A stretch of 64,000 nt of DNA from an uncultured Candidatus Saccharibacteria bacterium (GTDB lineage Bacteria; Patescibacteriota; Minisyncoccia; Minisyncoccales; JANBVM01): the NCBI GenBank assembly GCA_964435835.1, contig CAYSZX010000001.1:8197-72196 (forward strand). Reading direction: 5' to 3'. This document shows, piece after piece, positions 48,316 to 58,354 of the stretch. The notes under the pieces are model-generated. The model searched no databases and was not told the DNA's origin. It saw only the letters and a program-made list of their open reading frames with translations. Position 1 is the stretch's first letter; every line of letters begins with the position of its first letter. The position numbers were made by a program, and so were the translations under genes.

Positions 48316-49229
48316 TTATCTTTAGTTAATTTAACAAAAACATCCTCTAGGCTAGCGCCTAAAGTTTTTAATGAAATTATCTTATTATTATTTTCTTTGG
48401 AGTAATTAACCAAAACAGAGATAACATCTTCCACCTTTTTACTATATAATTTAAATTTATCTCCGATTTTCTCAACTTTAATTACATCTTTAAACTCCAA
48501 ATCTCTTTTATCAACTTCTTTTTTAAAAGCAACTTCAATCGAAGCTGTACTTTGAATAGTGTTTTTTAAGTTTTCAGGTCGATCAATTGCTACAACTCTT
48601 CCGTAATTCATAATAGCTACCCTATCACAAAGTAAATTCGCTTCTTCAATATTATGAGTGGTTAAAAAGATAGTCTCTCCTCTTTTATTAAACTTTCTAA
48701 TCAAATTCCTAATTAGTCTAGCACTCTCAACGTCTAAACCACTTGTTGGTTCGTCTAAAAATAAAACTTCTGAATTATTCATTAAGGCCATAGATAAAAC
48801 AATTCTTTGTCGCATTCCCTTTGAAAAGGTTTTAACTTTTTGATTTCTTTGATCATATAAATTAAACAGTTTTAACAACTTTTTGGCTTTGTTCTCTCTT
48901 TCTTTTTTCTCTATCCCGTACAATTCTCCAATTAACAAAAGGTTTCTAATTGCTGAAATATCAATATAAGCATCAGCCATTTCTGGAACAACCCCTATTA
49001 ATTGTTTAGCTTCTATTGGAAACTTTTGAATATTAAAATTTTTAATAAAAGATTCTCCTTTTGTTGGTTTCAAAACACCAGTTAACATTCTAACAGTCGT
49101 GGTTTTTCCAGCCCCATTAGGACCCAACAAACCAAAGATCTCTCCTTTATCAATTTGAAAAGAAATATCATCAACTGCTTTAAAATCACCAAATTTTTTA
49201 GTTAAATTTCGCGCTTTAATAGTAGTCAT
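48312..49229 (-). CDS. ABC transporter ATP-binding protein (DrrA-like)
   Basis: GPNGAGKTT, FSKGMRQR, LFLDEPTSGLD, TTH...EA..LCDR. Confidence 0.95.
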   Translation of the reverse strand: MTTIKARNLTKKFGDFKAVDDISFQIDKGEIFGLLGPNGAGKTTTVRMLTGVLKPTKGESFIKNFNIQKFPIEAKQLIGVVPEMADAYIDISAIRNLLLIGELYGIEKKERENKAKKLLKLFNLYDQRNQKVKTFSKGMRQRIVLSMALMNNSEVLFLDEPTSGLDVESARLIRNLIRKFNKRGETIFLTTHNIEEANLLCDRVAIMNYGRVVAIDRPENLKNTIQSTASIEVAFKKEVDKRDLEFKDVIKVEKIGDKFKLYSKKVEDVISVLVNYSKENNNKIISLKTLGASLEDVFVKLTKDK

Positions 49230-49328
49230 ATCAATTATTATAGCAAGAAATAATTAAAAAGCTATTTCGAAAGAAGTTAGATAATAACAATTATCTTTTT
49301 AAATTAAATACATAACCAACCAAGCTCT

Positions 49329-49619
49329 CTAAAAAAACTGCAACAATGCCTTATTCAATAAAAGCCAGCTTAATAAACTAACAAGAAGGAGAATTAAAAA
49401 AACTTTTTTCTATCCTAATTTGGCTATTATTTTAATCAAAACAATTAACAAATTAAAAAACAAAAAAAGAGGCATTAAAAACAGGGCTCCCAAAACAAGC
49501 AGACAAAACAATATAAAAAGATCAAAAAACAATTTCAATATAAAGACACTCCACCAAATCAAAAGAACAATAAAAGGACTAAAAATAAAAGATAAAATAA
49601 TTGCCCAAGGAACACTCAC
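49329..49619 (-). pseudogene. Small hydrophobic membrane ORF, possibly interrupted by an in-frame TAG at 49410-49412
   Basis: 69-aa TM-rich ORF; frame continues after TAG as KKVFLILLLVSLLSWLLLNKALLQFF*. Confidence 0.35.
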
Positions 49620-49622
49620 GAT

Positions 49623-50828
49623 CTATTTAAATTTAATATTAATTTCAAGAGAATCATTATTCTCAGACAGACCTGACGGATTAGCTTTTTGAAGAATTAA
49701 ATTTCCCTTTTTCATAAAATCTGGATCCCCTTCCTGATAAGGACTATCAAATTCAATTTCCGCTCCAAATGGTACAAAATCTTCAGTCATCCATTCTTCT
49801 TGAGCCTGAGCATAAGTCTCGGCAATAATCCTCCCGTCCCAGTCAGTAAGAATGACAGGGAAGTTTGCCTCAAAAAACCAATAACCTCTTACCTTTCCTT
49901 TAAGCGTGAAAGGGCTTTCAATTTCTTCGCCAGGCTTTAAATTATCAAGCGAAATCAATTCACCGCCTATACTTTTTTGAAAAAAAGTAAAACTCTTAAC
50001 TACTTCTTTTTGCTTTTTCCATAATTCTTCATCAACTGAGCCACTTCTAATAATTTGATCTCCTGAAAAGGGTTCGCATTCCTCATAATTAATTTCTTCT
50101 CCGTCTCGAATACAGTCAGTATCAAGATCATCAATTTTTAAAGATATCCAAATAAAACCTGTTTCTGCCCATGATTCTGGATAATCAGCTGGCTTAATGT
50201 AGGCAGCAAAAGGAGTACCATCCTCAAGAAGATAAATCTTCGAATCTTCAGTTACTTCCATACCAATATCAAAATCAAAATCTTTTGTTTGGCCAAAAAC
50301 TCCTTCTGTAGGTACTCCTTCTGGATAAACTGAGACATGATTCACATTAGCAAAATGATCTAAGGGTAAATTAAGAGGAGTCCCCGCTGGCTTAATGTAG
50401 AAATTAAATTTAGGACCTAATTCATCTGCGACATCTTGATAATTATTCCATTCATCTTCCGGATATTTTAAAGAAAACTGGTAAGCACCATTAATAAATT
50501 CTTCCCAAGTTGAAGTATCAATTTCTTCACTTTCAGTAGGAATTTGTTCACAAGTATAAGCACATACCTGGGCACATACATCTACGTCAGGAGCACAAAT
50601 AGTTCCGCACTCATTAAACACACCGCCAAGATTTTCACAATGTTCAACAAATTTATCCTTTGGCTGATCAATTGCAGAAGTATAAACAATTTTTGTTTCA
50701 AATTGTTCTTGAATTGTAATTTCTGTTTCTTTATCTTCTCTTTGATAAAAATACCAAATTCCACCTACTACTATCATTAAAATTAAAAACCCTAAAATTA
50801 ATGTTTGTGTTTTTCCTTTATTGTTCAT
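49623..50828 (-). CDS. Membrane-anchored surface protein with Cys motif and C-terminal Gmad2 Ig-like domain
   Basis: C...GG.FNECG..C......C..VC...C; SP..L.G..RG.WFFEANFPV.L.D..G..IA, WMTE.FVPF, NPSGL. Confidence 0.8.
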   Translation of the reverse strand: MNNKGKTQTLILGFLILMIVVGGIWYFYQREDKETEITIQEQFETKIVYTSAIDQPKDKFVEHCENLGGVFNECGTICAPDVDVCAQVCAYTCEQIPTESEEIDTSTWEEFINGAYQFSLKYPEDEWNNYQDVADELGPKFNFYIKPAGTPLNLPLDHFANVNHVSVYPEGVPTEGVFGQTKDFDFDIGMEVTEDSKIYLLEDGTPFAAYIKPADYPESWAETGFIWISLKIDDLDTDCIRDGEEINYEECEPFSGDQIIRSGSVDEELWKKQKEVVKSFTFFQKSIGGELISLDNLKPGEEIESPFTLKGKVRGYWFFEANFPVILTDWDGRIIAETYAQAQEEWMTEDFVPFGAEIEFDSPYQEGDPDFMKKGNLILQKANPSGLSENNDSLEINIKFK

Positions 50829-50965
50829 AATAATTTAATTAATTTAATATTCTCTAAAGCACTAACTATATTTTTAAATTGGACATATGCATTATAACAG
50901 AAAAAATCCGTATCATCTATAAAGTAGTCAATAGTTAATATTCAAAAAGCTTCATTTAAAAAAAA

Positions 50966-51634
50966 TTATAAGTATCTTTTTAAGAATTTTTCTCTTTTTA
51001 TAATAGCTCTCATTATCTCCTCATCGTCTGGTTCATAAGGAAAAAACTTTTTTCTAAATTCTTGATTTATTTCTCCCTTAATAGTAAAACCTAAACTTTC
51101 TATTACTTTGGGACGTTGAGCAACAAGCCAAGAGATAGCTGCTATTTTTTTAATTTTTTTATCTTTCTTAACAATTTCAGCTAATTTTTTAATTCCGTCT
51201 TTTATTAATTCTAAAAAGGCCGTTTCGCCCACCTCCTTCTTAAGTTCTTTAGCAGGAGCAAGATGAACATGAACTACTTTTTTATCTTTATCATAAAAGT
51301 GTTCTCCATAGGAAAGAACCTTATTTAAAGTTTTAAAACCCCCTTCCTTGAGAAAGATTTCTCTTTTTATTTTTTCTTGCTCTTTTTCTTTTAAGTCAAA
51401 AAATGGCCTAATTGAAGACAAAACACATTTTGTGAAAACATCCTTCTCTTCTACAGAAGAACATTCTTCCAGTAAATTATAAATTTCATTTTTCTTAACT
51501 AAACCAGAATCTAAAAAAGGTTTAATTTTAGAAACAATAACATTAATTCTTGCAGGACCATTTTTTTCTTCCTCAAAAATTTTACTTATTGCTTTTTTAA
51601 TCCTTTTTATATTCTTTAATTCTTCTTTTTGCAT
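50966..51634 (-). CDS. Hypothetical protein
   Basis: LN.VLSYG, HVHLAP, I.A.SWLVA..P..IE.LGF, A.I.RE.FL.RY. Confidence 0.65.
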   Translation of the reverse strand: MQKEELKNIKRIKKAISKIFEEEKNGPARINVIVSKIKPFLDSGLVKKNEIYNLLEECSSVEEKDVFTKCVLSSIRPFFDLKEKEQEKIKREIFLKEGGFKTLNKVLSYGEHFYDKDKKVVHVHLAPAKELKKEVGETAFLELIKDGIKKLAEIVKKDKKIKKIAAISWLVAQRPKVIESLGFTIKGEINQEFRKKFFPYEPDDEEIMRAIIKREKFLKRYL

Positions 51635-51690
51635 ATTATTAATTATAGAAAAACTCAAGTTTAAACCGCCTAATAATTACAATTCTCGTT

Positions 51691-51858
51691 CTATTTAAAA
51701 ACCCCTAATTCTTCTTGAACAAAGGTTTTTAATATTTCAAAAAGAATTAAGAAAATAACAGTAAAGAGAAAAACTTTAATAATGGAAATATTTAATTCTA
51801 TAAGAATCATTACTACCCCAACCAAAATAAAAATTTTATAAAACAATGAAGCTTTCAT
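51691..51858 (-). CDS. Candidate 55-aa two-helix membrane protein (below ORF-track cutoff)
   Basis: Manual translation MKASLFYKIFILVGVVMILIELNISIIKVFLFTVIFLILFEILKTFVQEELGVFK*; starts 19 nt after the activase stop. Confidence 0.45.
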   Translation of the reverse strand: MKASLFYKIFILVGVVMILIELNISIIKVFLFTVIFLILFEILKTFVQEELGVFK

Positions 51859-51877
51859 TTTAAAATTCTTTTTTTTA

Positions 51878-52876
51878 TTATTTTTCCTTTAACTTTTTTC
51901 CTCTTAACTTTTTTTTAGCCCTTTCAAGACCAGCTGAACATTTATTCCCCCATCCATCTAAAAATTTTCCTTCTTTTAAAACACAAACTACTTCGCAGTT
52001 ATTTGGACAAAAACCGCATTCAATCCCTCTTGTTTCAAAATCAATATCTTTAATATTAAAATCAAATTCTTCTTTCCTTGGGTATTTTTTAGTATAATCT
52101 CGAGAGATAATAGCAGATCCGATTGCTCCCATTAAATGCCCTAAATCATCAACTATTACAGAAAATCCCGTTATTTCTTCAAAAGCTTTAACTACCCCAA
52201 CATTTTTACTAACTCCACCCTGAAAAACAGCAGGTTCTTTAATATTCTTACCCTTCCCAACATTATTAAGATAATTATGAACAATAGAATTACATAAACC
52301 AGCAATTAAATCTTCCTTAGAATGCCCTATTTGAGCCTTATGAATAAGATCTGATTCAGCAAAAACAGTACATCTCCCGGCTATTTTAGAAGGATTTTCA
52401 GATTTTAAAGCATAATCCCCAAACTCTTCAACCGGAATATTAAGACGTCCAGCCTGGGACGTAAGAAAAGCTCCTGTTCCTGCTGCACATAAAGTATTCA
52501 TTGCATAATCAACAACAATCCCCTGATCTAAAATTATCATTTTACTGTCCTGCCCTCCTATCTCAAAAATAGTTTTAATATCTTTATGAAACGATAAAGC
52601 CCCAATCGCATGAGCAGTAATTTCATTTTTAACAATATCAGCGCCTAAAACCGTTCCGATTAACTCTCTAGCTGAACCAGTTGTTCCTACTCCTAAAATA
52701 GAAAGGTTTTTACCTTTAATTTGGGACTTTAAATCTTCAAGAACTTTTTTAGAAGCTTCAATAGGGGCTCCCTCTGTCCAAAGATAAGTCTGAGCATAAA
52801 TATTATTAGATTCATCTATGATGACTCCCTTAGTTGAAATAGAACCAATGTCAAAGCCTAAATATGCTTTTTTCAT
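51878..52876 (-). CDS. ATP-dependent acyl-CoA dehydratase/reductase activase (HgdC/BcrAD_BadFG family) with C-terminal CxxCxxxC..GNxC motif
   Basis: GFDIGSISTK, TTGSAR, NEITAH, EIGGQDSK, MNTLCAAGTG.FL, RCTVFAESD, FQGGV, CGFCPNNC...GNKC. Confidence 0.9.
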   Translation of the reverse strand: MKKAYLGFDIGSISTKGVIIDESNNIYAQTYLWTEGAPIEASKKVLEDLKSQIKGKNLSILGVGTTGSARELIGTVLGADIVKNEITAHAIGALSFHKDIKTIFEIGGQDSKMIILDQGIVVDYAMNTLCAAGTGAFLTSQAGRLNIPVEEFGDYALKSENPSKIAGRCTVFAESDLIHKAQIGHSKEDLIAGLCNSIVHNYLNNVGKGKNIKEPAVFQGGVSKNVGVVKAFEEITGFSVIVDDLGHLMGAIGSAIISRDYTKKYPRKEEFDFNIKDIDFETRGIECGFCPNNCEVVCVLKEGKFLDGWGNKCSAGLERAKKKLRGKKLKEK

Positions 52877-52879
52877 AAT

Positions 52880-53968
52880 TTAATTATTTATTTTGTTTTT
52901 TTTCATTTTAAGCATATCATAAAAAGCCTCTATTCTTGTTTTGATACCAGTTTCTGAAGTATGAGCGTCAAAACTAAAGTAAACAATAGGCACCTTATAT
53001 TCTTTTGATAATTTATGTAAAGCTGACATTGCATTTACTTCTGGCATACAACCAAATGGCTTAACATGGATTATTCCATCAAATCCATCTTTTATCAATT
53101 TATGAGCCCTTCCTACACTTTCGGTACCATGAGATCCAATATGAAATTTCAAATAAGGATGAGCTTGTTTTAAAAACTTTTTACCATGAAAACCAAAAGA
53201 AAAAGCATCATGCAAAATACTAGACAGAGTCACAAAACGATAAACCCTTACTCCTTTTTTAGCTAATTTCTTTTCTATATAAAAATTAGAAAAAGGTTCC
53301 ATAAGAATATAAAGTTCTCCAACCAAAGCAACCCTTATTAAATCTTCCGGTCTTTTTGTTTCAATTTCTTTTATTCTTTTTTTATAATTTCTTTCTACCC
53401 TTTTTACATCTTTAATAGAGCTAGTTTTCTCTAAGGCAGAAAAAAACTCTTTACTAACTTTCTCATGTTCTCCTTCAGAGACTTCAAAACCTATATTAGC
53501 CCTAATTAAAAATTCTATTTTATCAATACATCTTAATCGCCAAAAAGAAAGAGCTAGACATTTAACTATTTCTAAATAAGAAACCCCCTTTTTCTTGGAA
53601 ATAAAAATTTCTTTAATAGCTCCAAAATAATTATTGCTCAATTTTAAAAATTCAAAATCATATCCTAAGTCTTTAAGTATTTCCTCTTGAACTTCTCCAT
53701 AATATCCAAAACGACAACCTCCTCCAGCTTGAATTAAAATATTAGCTCCCAACTCTAAGGCTTCTATATAATTTCCTAAATTGTATTTAAAAGGAACACA
53801 AGCAGACTCTGGACTATGTTTAGCCCCTAAATCAATTGTTTTTTTAGTTATTGGAGGAGCAATAATTACCTCATCCCCAAATAACCTTGCAATTGGTTCA
53901 AGAGCATAAGAATAATTACCCATATGAGGAAAGCTAACTTTTTTAATTGAAGATTCCTTTTTTGTCAT
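52880..53968 (-). CDS. 2-hydroxyacyl-CoA dehydratase D-component-like (HGD-D) Fe-S protein
   Basis: FPHMG, SPESAC.PFK, GGGCRFGYY, VGELY, PFGCMPE, D....TG..TRIEAF. Confidence 0.8.
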   Translation of the reverse strand: MTKKESSIKKVSFPHMGNYSYALEPIARLFGDEVIIAPPITKKTIDLGAKHSPESACVPFKYNLGNYIEALELGANILIQAGGGCRFGYYGEVQEEILKDLGYDFEFLKLSNNYFGAIKEIFISKKKGVSYLEIVKCLALSFWRLRCIDKIEFLIRANIGFEVSEGEHEKVSKEFFSALEKTSSIKDVKRVERNYKKRIKEIETKRPEDLIRVALVGELYILMEPFSNFYIEKKLAKKGVRVYRFVTLSSILHDAFSFGFHGKKFLKQAHPYLKFHIGSHGTESVGRAHKLIKDGFDGIIHVKPFGCMPEVNAMSALHKLSKEYKVPIVYFSFDAHTSETGIKTRIEAFYDMLKMKKNKINN

Positions 53969-54881
53969 TTTTCATTCTTAAAATATCAATAAAACTTTCT
54001 AATCTTGTTTTAAGACCCGCTTCTCCTTGTAATTCATCTAAAACAAGAAGGGTGGTGGGTATTTTAATTTTACTTTGACATAAATTAATTACCAAAGAAT
54101 CAGGACCACAAGGAAAGGTCATTAAAAATATTACTCCATCAACTATTTCTTTATAATACTCAACAGCTCCTAACAAGTCTTTGCTGTAGCCCCAATATAA
54201 ATCAGATGATATTTCTTTATAAAGACTTTTAGCCTCTTCAGGAATATTGTCTGAGAAAATAAGACTTACTCCTTGCGACTTCAAAAAATCTATTATAGGT
54301 TTACCCAAAAAAGAATCATAGGTAGTGTACGGATGAGAAGTAATTAAAACTAAAAGATCATCTTCTTTTTTATTCTTAATTTTTTCAAGTTGGTTCTCTA
54401 TATTTTCTTTCCGATTCTTTTCTTGGTACTTTTTTGCTTTTATATAAGCTTTTATAATAGAAAAAGGATTCTTTGTTATCCTTAAACCAGCTTTAAAATA
54501 AGCAAAAAAATCAAAACAAAAATTATCAGCATCAAGAGTATATTCTAATAAATTTAAATCATCAAAAGTATTTTTAACAATATCATAAAGAGCTACCATT
54601 TTTACACAGGTCTGTTCTCCTCTTTTTGGAGAAACAATGTGAGGAATAAAAACATAATCTACCTTATCTTTTAACCAATCAACATGTCCTAAAAATATTT
54701 TAATAGACAAGCAACTTTCATCAACAGCTAAATTAACCCCTCTATCTAATATTTCGCTATTAGTTTCTGGACTTGTAATTACCTCGCAATTTAATTCTTC
54801 AAAGAATTTTTTCCAAAAAAACCAATATCTATAATAAAGAAGAGCTCTAGGTATTCCAATTTTAAATTTTTTTTTCGCCAT
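53943..54881 (-). CDS. CoA-enzyme activase-related protein (DUF2229)
   Basis: IGIPRALLYY, DESCL..K.FLGH, C.K, HPY..YD, FPCGPDS, DE..GEAGL.TRLESF. Confidence 0.82.
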   Translation of the reverse strand: MAKKKFKIGIPRALLYYRYWFFWKKFFEELNCEVITSPETNSEILDRGVNLAVDESCLSIKIFLGHVDWLKDKVDYVFIPHIVSPKRGEQTCVKMVALYDIVKNTFDDLNLLEYTLDADNFCFDFFAYFKAGLRITKNPFSIIKAYIKAKKYQEKNRKENIENQLEKIKNKKEDDLLVLITSHPYTTYDSFLGKPIIDFLKSQGVSLIFSDNIPEEAKSLYKEISSDLYWGYSKDLLGAVEYYKEIVDGVIFLMTFPCGPDSLVINLCQSKIKIPTTLLVLDELQGEAGLKTRLESFIDILRMKNDKKGIFN

Positions 54882-55070
54882 TTTAAAAATATTTATTGTA
54901 AGATAATATTTCGTTAATAAAATTAAACACTCTTTCTTTTATAAAAATTTAACTCTTAATTCTTTTCTTTTTTCAAAATTTTCCATATTTTTAATTATAT
55001 TATTTCACTTAGTAAAGAAAAAGGGTTTTGAAACCCTTAAATATTTATTACAGAAAATTAAAAAATGTTT

Positions 55071-55571
55071 TTACGTATTGAACCTTTTCCATTCACTTTT
55101 TGTTCCGTTTAATTGGTTTTGAGCCATAACCAATTCATCATAAATTCCATCAATCAAATCATATTTTTTAGCTTCTTTTAAACTAATCCACACGAATTTA
55201 TCTGCTTCGCCTTTTTGCAACTTAACATCACCAGATGCATAATCAGCTAAACACGAAATAACTAAAGAAGGGTTACCATCATCATGAATAGTAGCTAAAC
55301 TAGTCACATATTCAATATTTTTAATTTCTAATCCCACCTCTTCTCTTACCTCTCTTCTTAAAACTTTTTCTAAAACATTATACCAATAAAATTTAGTATC
55401 TTTTGGAAGAGAAGAATAATCTTCTATTTCCAATTTACCACCGGGCACAACCCATCTTTTTGGAAATCTTTTCTTATTAGGAGAGCGCCTAGTAATTAAA
55501 TATTTACCATCTTTAATAATAATAGCTGTAATTACCACTTCGTGAAGACGATCCTTTGATTTATTTTTCAT
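55071..55571 (-). CDS. NUDIX hydrolase
   Basis: W.VPGGKLE...RREVREEVGL Nudix box with insertion. Confidence 0.9.
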   Translation of the reverse strand: MKNKSKDRLHEVVITAIIIKDGKYLITRRSPNKKRFPKRWVVPGGKLEIEDYSSLPKDTKFYWYNVLEKVLRREVREEVGLEIKNIEYVTSLATIHDDGNPSLVISCLADYASGDVKLQKGEADKFVWISLKEAKKYDLIDGIYDELVMAQNQLNGTKSEWKRFNT

Positions 55572-55583
55572 AAATCTACTAAA

Positions 55584-56030
55584 TTATTTCTTAATAGGAA
55601 TTTCTGTAATTTGACTAATAATCTGTTTTTTAGTTTCTGTATCCAATTCTTTATCTAATAAAGGATAAAGTTTTTCTTCCTCTATTTTTTTGTGCTTTTC
55701 TATCATCTTTTGAAAATCAGTAATATCTTTTTTAGCCTCCGTAACAAAATCATCCTTTAAATCTCCTAAAACATCCATCATTTCAGTATGGCTTTGTTCT
55801 ATTTTTTTTATTAATTCACGAATTTCAGAATTTTCTTTTTTATAAAGTTGAAAAATAACTTTTTCTTCACTAAAAATATGTTTTTTCAGCTCCCATTGAA
55901 ATTCTTCTAAAAGATCTAATACTCTTAAGCCATCTTTTTCAAGACTTTCTTGAATATCTTTTAATAAGCCTTCAAGTAATCCATGATGAACAATCATCAC
56001 TTTTAAAATAGAATCTTTATTTTTCTTCAT
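55584..56030 (-). CDS. Hemerythrin/HHE cation-binding domain protein
   Basis: HH, KHIFSEE...F, H, H...EE..LYP. Confidence 0.8.
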   Translation of the reverse strand: MKKNKDSILKVMIVHHGLLEGLLKDIQESLEKDGLRVLDLLEEFQWELKKHIFSEEKVIFQLYKKENSEIRELIKKIEQSHTEMMDVLGDLKDDFVTEAKKDITDFQKMIEKHKKIEEEKLYPLLDKELDTETKKQIISQITEIPIKK

Positions 56031-56637
56031 ATTTATTTATGATTTTTTGTAATCTTTTATTAACTACCTCCCAATTCACAATATTCCAAAACGCATCTAC
56101 AAAATCTCCCCTTTTATTTTGATAATCTAAATAATAAGCATGTTCCCAAACATCACAACAAAGAATTAATTCAAAACGAGGATAAAGATTAAGGTTATGT
56201 TTTTCAATTTGACTTATAAGCAATAAATCATTTTTAGTACAGTAAGCTAAAGCTGCCCATCCTGAGCCCTCTACAGATTTAGCTGCCTCTGAAAATTCTT
56301 TTTGGAATTGTTCAAAATCTCCGAAATTCTTCTTAATTTTTTCTAGAAGAAGACCTTTCGGCTTACTTCCTTCGGAAGATAAAATAGACCAAAAAAGAGA
56401 ATGAAGCACATGTCCTCCAAGATTAAAAGTCAGGGCTTTAATAGTTGGCTTCATGTCTATTTTTTCATCTTTTTTTCTAGCAGAAGTTATTTTTTCTAAA
56501 ATACTATTAACATTATTTACATACCCTTGATGGTGCTTTTTGTGATGAATTTCTAATTGTTTTTGAGAAATATAAGGTTCTAAAGAATCATAATTATAAG
56601 AAAGGCTCGGCAATTTATAAATATTTTTCTTGAACAT
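56017..56637 (-). CDS. sod: Fe/Mn superoxide dismutase
   Basis: LP.L.Y.Y..LEPYIS, HH.KHH..YV, FN.GGH..H.LFW, GSGW, DVWEHAYY. Confidence 0.96.
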   Translation of the reverse strand: MFKKNIYKLPSLSYNYDSLEPYISQKQLEIHHKKHHQGYVNNVNSILEKITSARKKDEKIDMKPTIKALTFNLGGHVLHSLFWSILSSEGSKPKGLLLEKIKKNFGDFEQFQKEFSEAAKSVEGSGWAALAYCTKNDLLLISQIEKHNLNLYPRFELILCCDVWEHAYYLDYQNKRGDFVDAFWNIVNWEVVNKRLQKIINKYEEK

Positions 56638-56645
56638 TTTTTTAT

Positions 56646-58229
56646 TTATCTTTTATTTTCTATCATTCTACGTATATCCTCAATATCTTTTTTATCTTTT
56701 TCCGTTTTTTCTGATTTTTTAATTTCTTCTCGTAATATGTTCGAAATCTCTTCTCGCCACTGCCTTGCTTGAGGTCCTTTGTAATTTACTAACCAATTAG
56801 CTAATTTTTTTTCCATAGTCTTAAGAATTAAATCTTCTTCTTCATCCTTTTTTTCTTTTTCAATTTCCTCCTTTAGTTCCTCTATACTCTGTTCCATATT
56901 TATTATTGTTTCTTCCTCATTTCCTTTGAATTCTACATCATTAAGCAAAAGCTCTTTTTTAGCTAAAAAGTCTTTATGCTCCTTGTCTGCATTCTGAAAT
57001 TCTTTATTATCCTTATCCTCTTCCATTTTTTTCTTTTTTTCTTCAATGGCTTCTTCTTTAATACCATTCTGGGTAATAATAATTTCCATGGTTTGATCTA
57101 GCCCTCTCTTAATTGATTCTAAACTTCTTTCTAATATTTCTATTTTTTTCATTTCTTCACTAAAAATATTCCTTATTTCTTCTCCCGTAAAACCATTAAA
57201 GTCATGTTTATCTTTTTCATCAATAAAACCTGAAGCATAATTTCTAAATTCAACATTATCTTTTGGAGGATTATCATCCTTATCAAATGTCTTTATTGTG
57301 CTATCTGGATGATTTTTGTTCCACTCTCTTATTTTTTCGTTCATCTTTTCTCTAGTATTAATTGCCTCTTTTTCAACAATCTTCTTATACGTTTCTTTAT
57401 CTTTACTTCTTAATTCTTGAAGTATAACTAAAGCTTTCTTATGATATTCATAAAATTCTTCTCCTAAAGGAAGTCTTATTAAAGACTCCCTTAAACCATC
57501 TATTATTTCTTGTTCATTTTCAGGTTTCTTAACTTCTCTATCAGGAAAGCTCTTTTCTAAAACAGCTCTTTGCAGAATACCTTTTAAATCGTCCAATACT
57601 AATTTACATTCTAGCTTTTTTTGTTCTGTAAATTCCTGTTCTATTTCAGAATATTCATCAAGTTTTCCTTCTTCTTTAAGCCATCTATAAACTAAAAATT
57701 GTTTTTCGGGAGAAAGTTTTTGAAATTGTTCTCTCCCTCTTACCCATTCCTTTTTCTTGCCCCTTTTTTCTAAGATTTTTACTGCTTCTTTTAAATTATC
57801 ATTCTTTTCTTTTTGTGCTATCCGCTCCAGTTTATATTTCCCGCCACGAAATGCATAATCTCTTTTAGGTTGAAGATTGTCTATTAAATCTTTCACCTCT
57901 TCTTCTCCAGGTTTCTTGTATAAAAATTCTCTCTGCTTTGATAAGCTTTGATCTTCTGCTTTTCTTGTTTCTTGTTCACCTTCCGGACTAAACTCTTTAA
58001 AGTCTTCCTTTTTCATAAGCTTTAACCTTAAAGCTTTTAGTTCTTTTTTCTTTTCTTCATCCTCTTCTTTATTAATCATTATCTGCATTTGTTCTAGTTT
58101 ACCTTTATCAAACAATTCAACAAAATCTATCTTTTCTTTCGTAGTAAGAGATTCTTCCGTTTTTTGCTCTTCTTCTTTTTTATCAGGACCTTTTTCAATA
58201 CGAGAAAATATTTTCTTAAAAAAATTCAT
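56646..58229 (-). CDS. Charged coiled-coil hypothetical protein
   Basis: 527-aa E/K-rich ORF; no motif recognised. Confidence 0.65.
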   Translation of the reverse strand: MNFFKKIFSRIEKGPDKKEEEQKTEESLTTKEKIDFVELFDKGKLEQMQIMINKEEDEEKKKELKALRLKLMKKEDFKEFSPEGEQETRKAEDQSLSKQREFLYKKPGEEEVKDLIDNLQPKRDYAFRGGKYKLERIAQKEKNDNLKEAVKILEKRGKKKEWVRGREQFQKLSPEKQFLVYRWLKEEGKLDEYSEIEQEFTEQKKLECKLVLDDLKGILQRAVLEKSFPDREVKKPENEQEIIDGLRESLIRLPLGEEFYEYHKKALVILQELRSKDKETYKKIVEKEAINTREKMNEKIREWNKNHPDSTIKTFDKDDNPPKDNVEFRNYASGFIDEKDKHDFNGFTGEEIRNIFSEEMKKIEILERSLESIKRGLDQTMEIIITQNGIKEEAIEEKKKKMEEDKDNKEFQNADKEHKDFLAKKELLLNDVEFKGNEEETIINMEQSIEELKEEIEKEKKDEEEDLILKTMEKKLANWLVNYKGPQARQWREEISNILREEIKKSEKTEKDKKDIEDIRRMIENKR

Positions 58230-58297
58230 AAGTTTTATTAATTTTATAAAATTTGTGTTTATTTATTATAACAAAATAAAGCAAAGAAACAATCTAC

Positions 58298-58326
58298 AAC
58301 CTTAGCGATAAAAGCTAAGGTTTTTT
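58298..58326. terminator. Hairpin terminator after GerMN gene
   Basis: aaccttagc-gataaaa-gctaaggtt inverted repeat. Confidence 0.55.
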
Positions 58327-58354
58327 CAAGAAACACTATGATTATTCTAAAAAA

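Noticed and set aside
54882-54990. Short ORF MENFEKRKELRVKFL upstream of DUF2229 gene
   Set aside because: Too short, with no supporting signals; could be a leader or remnant but cannot be supported
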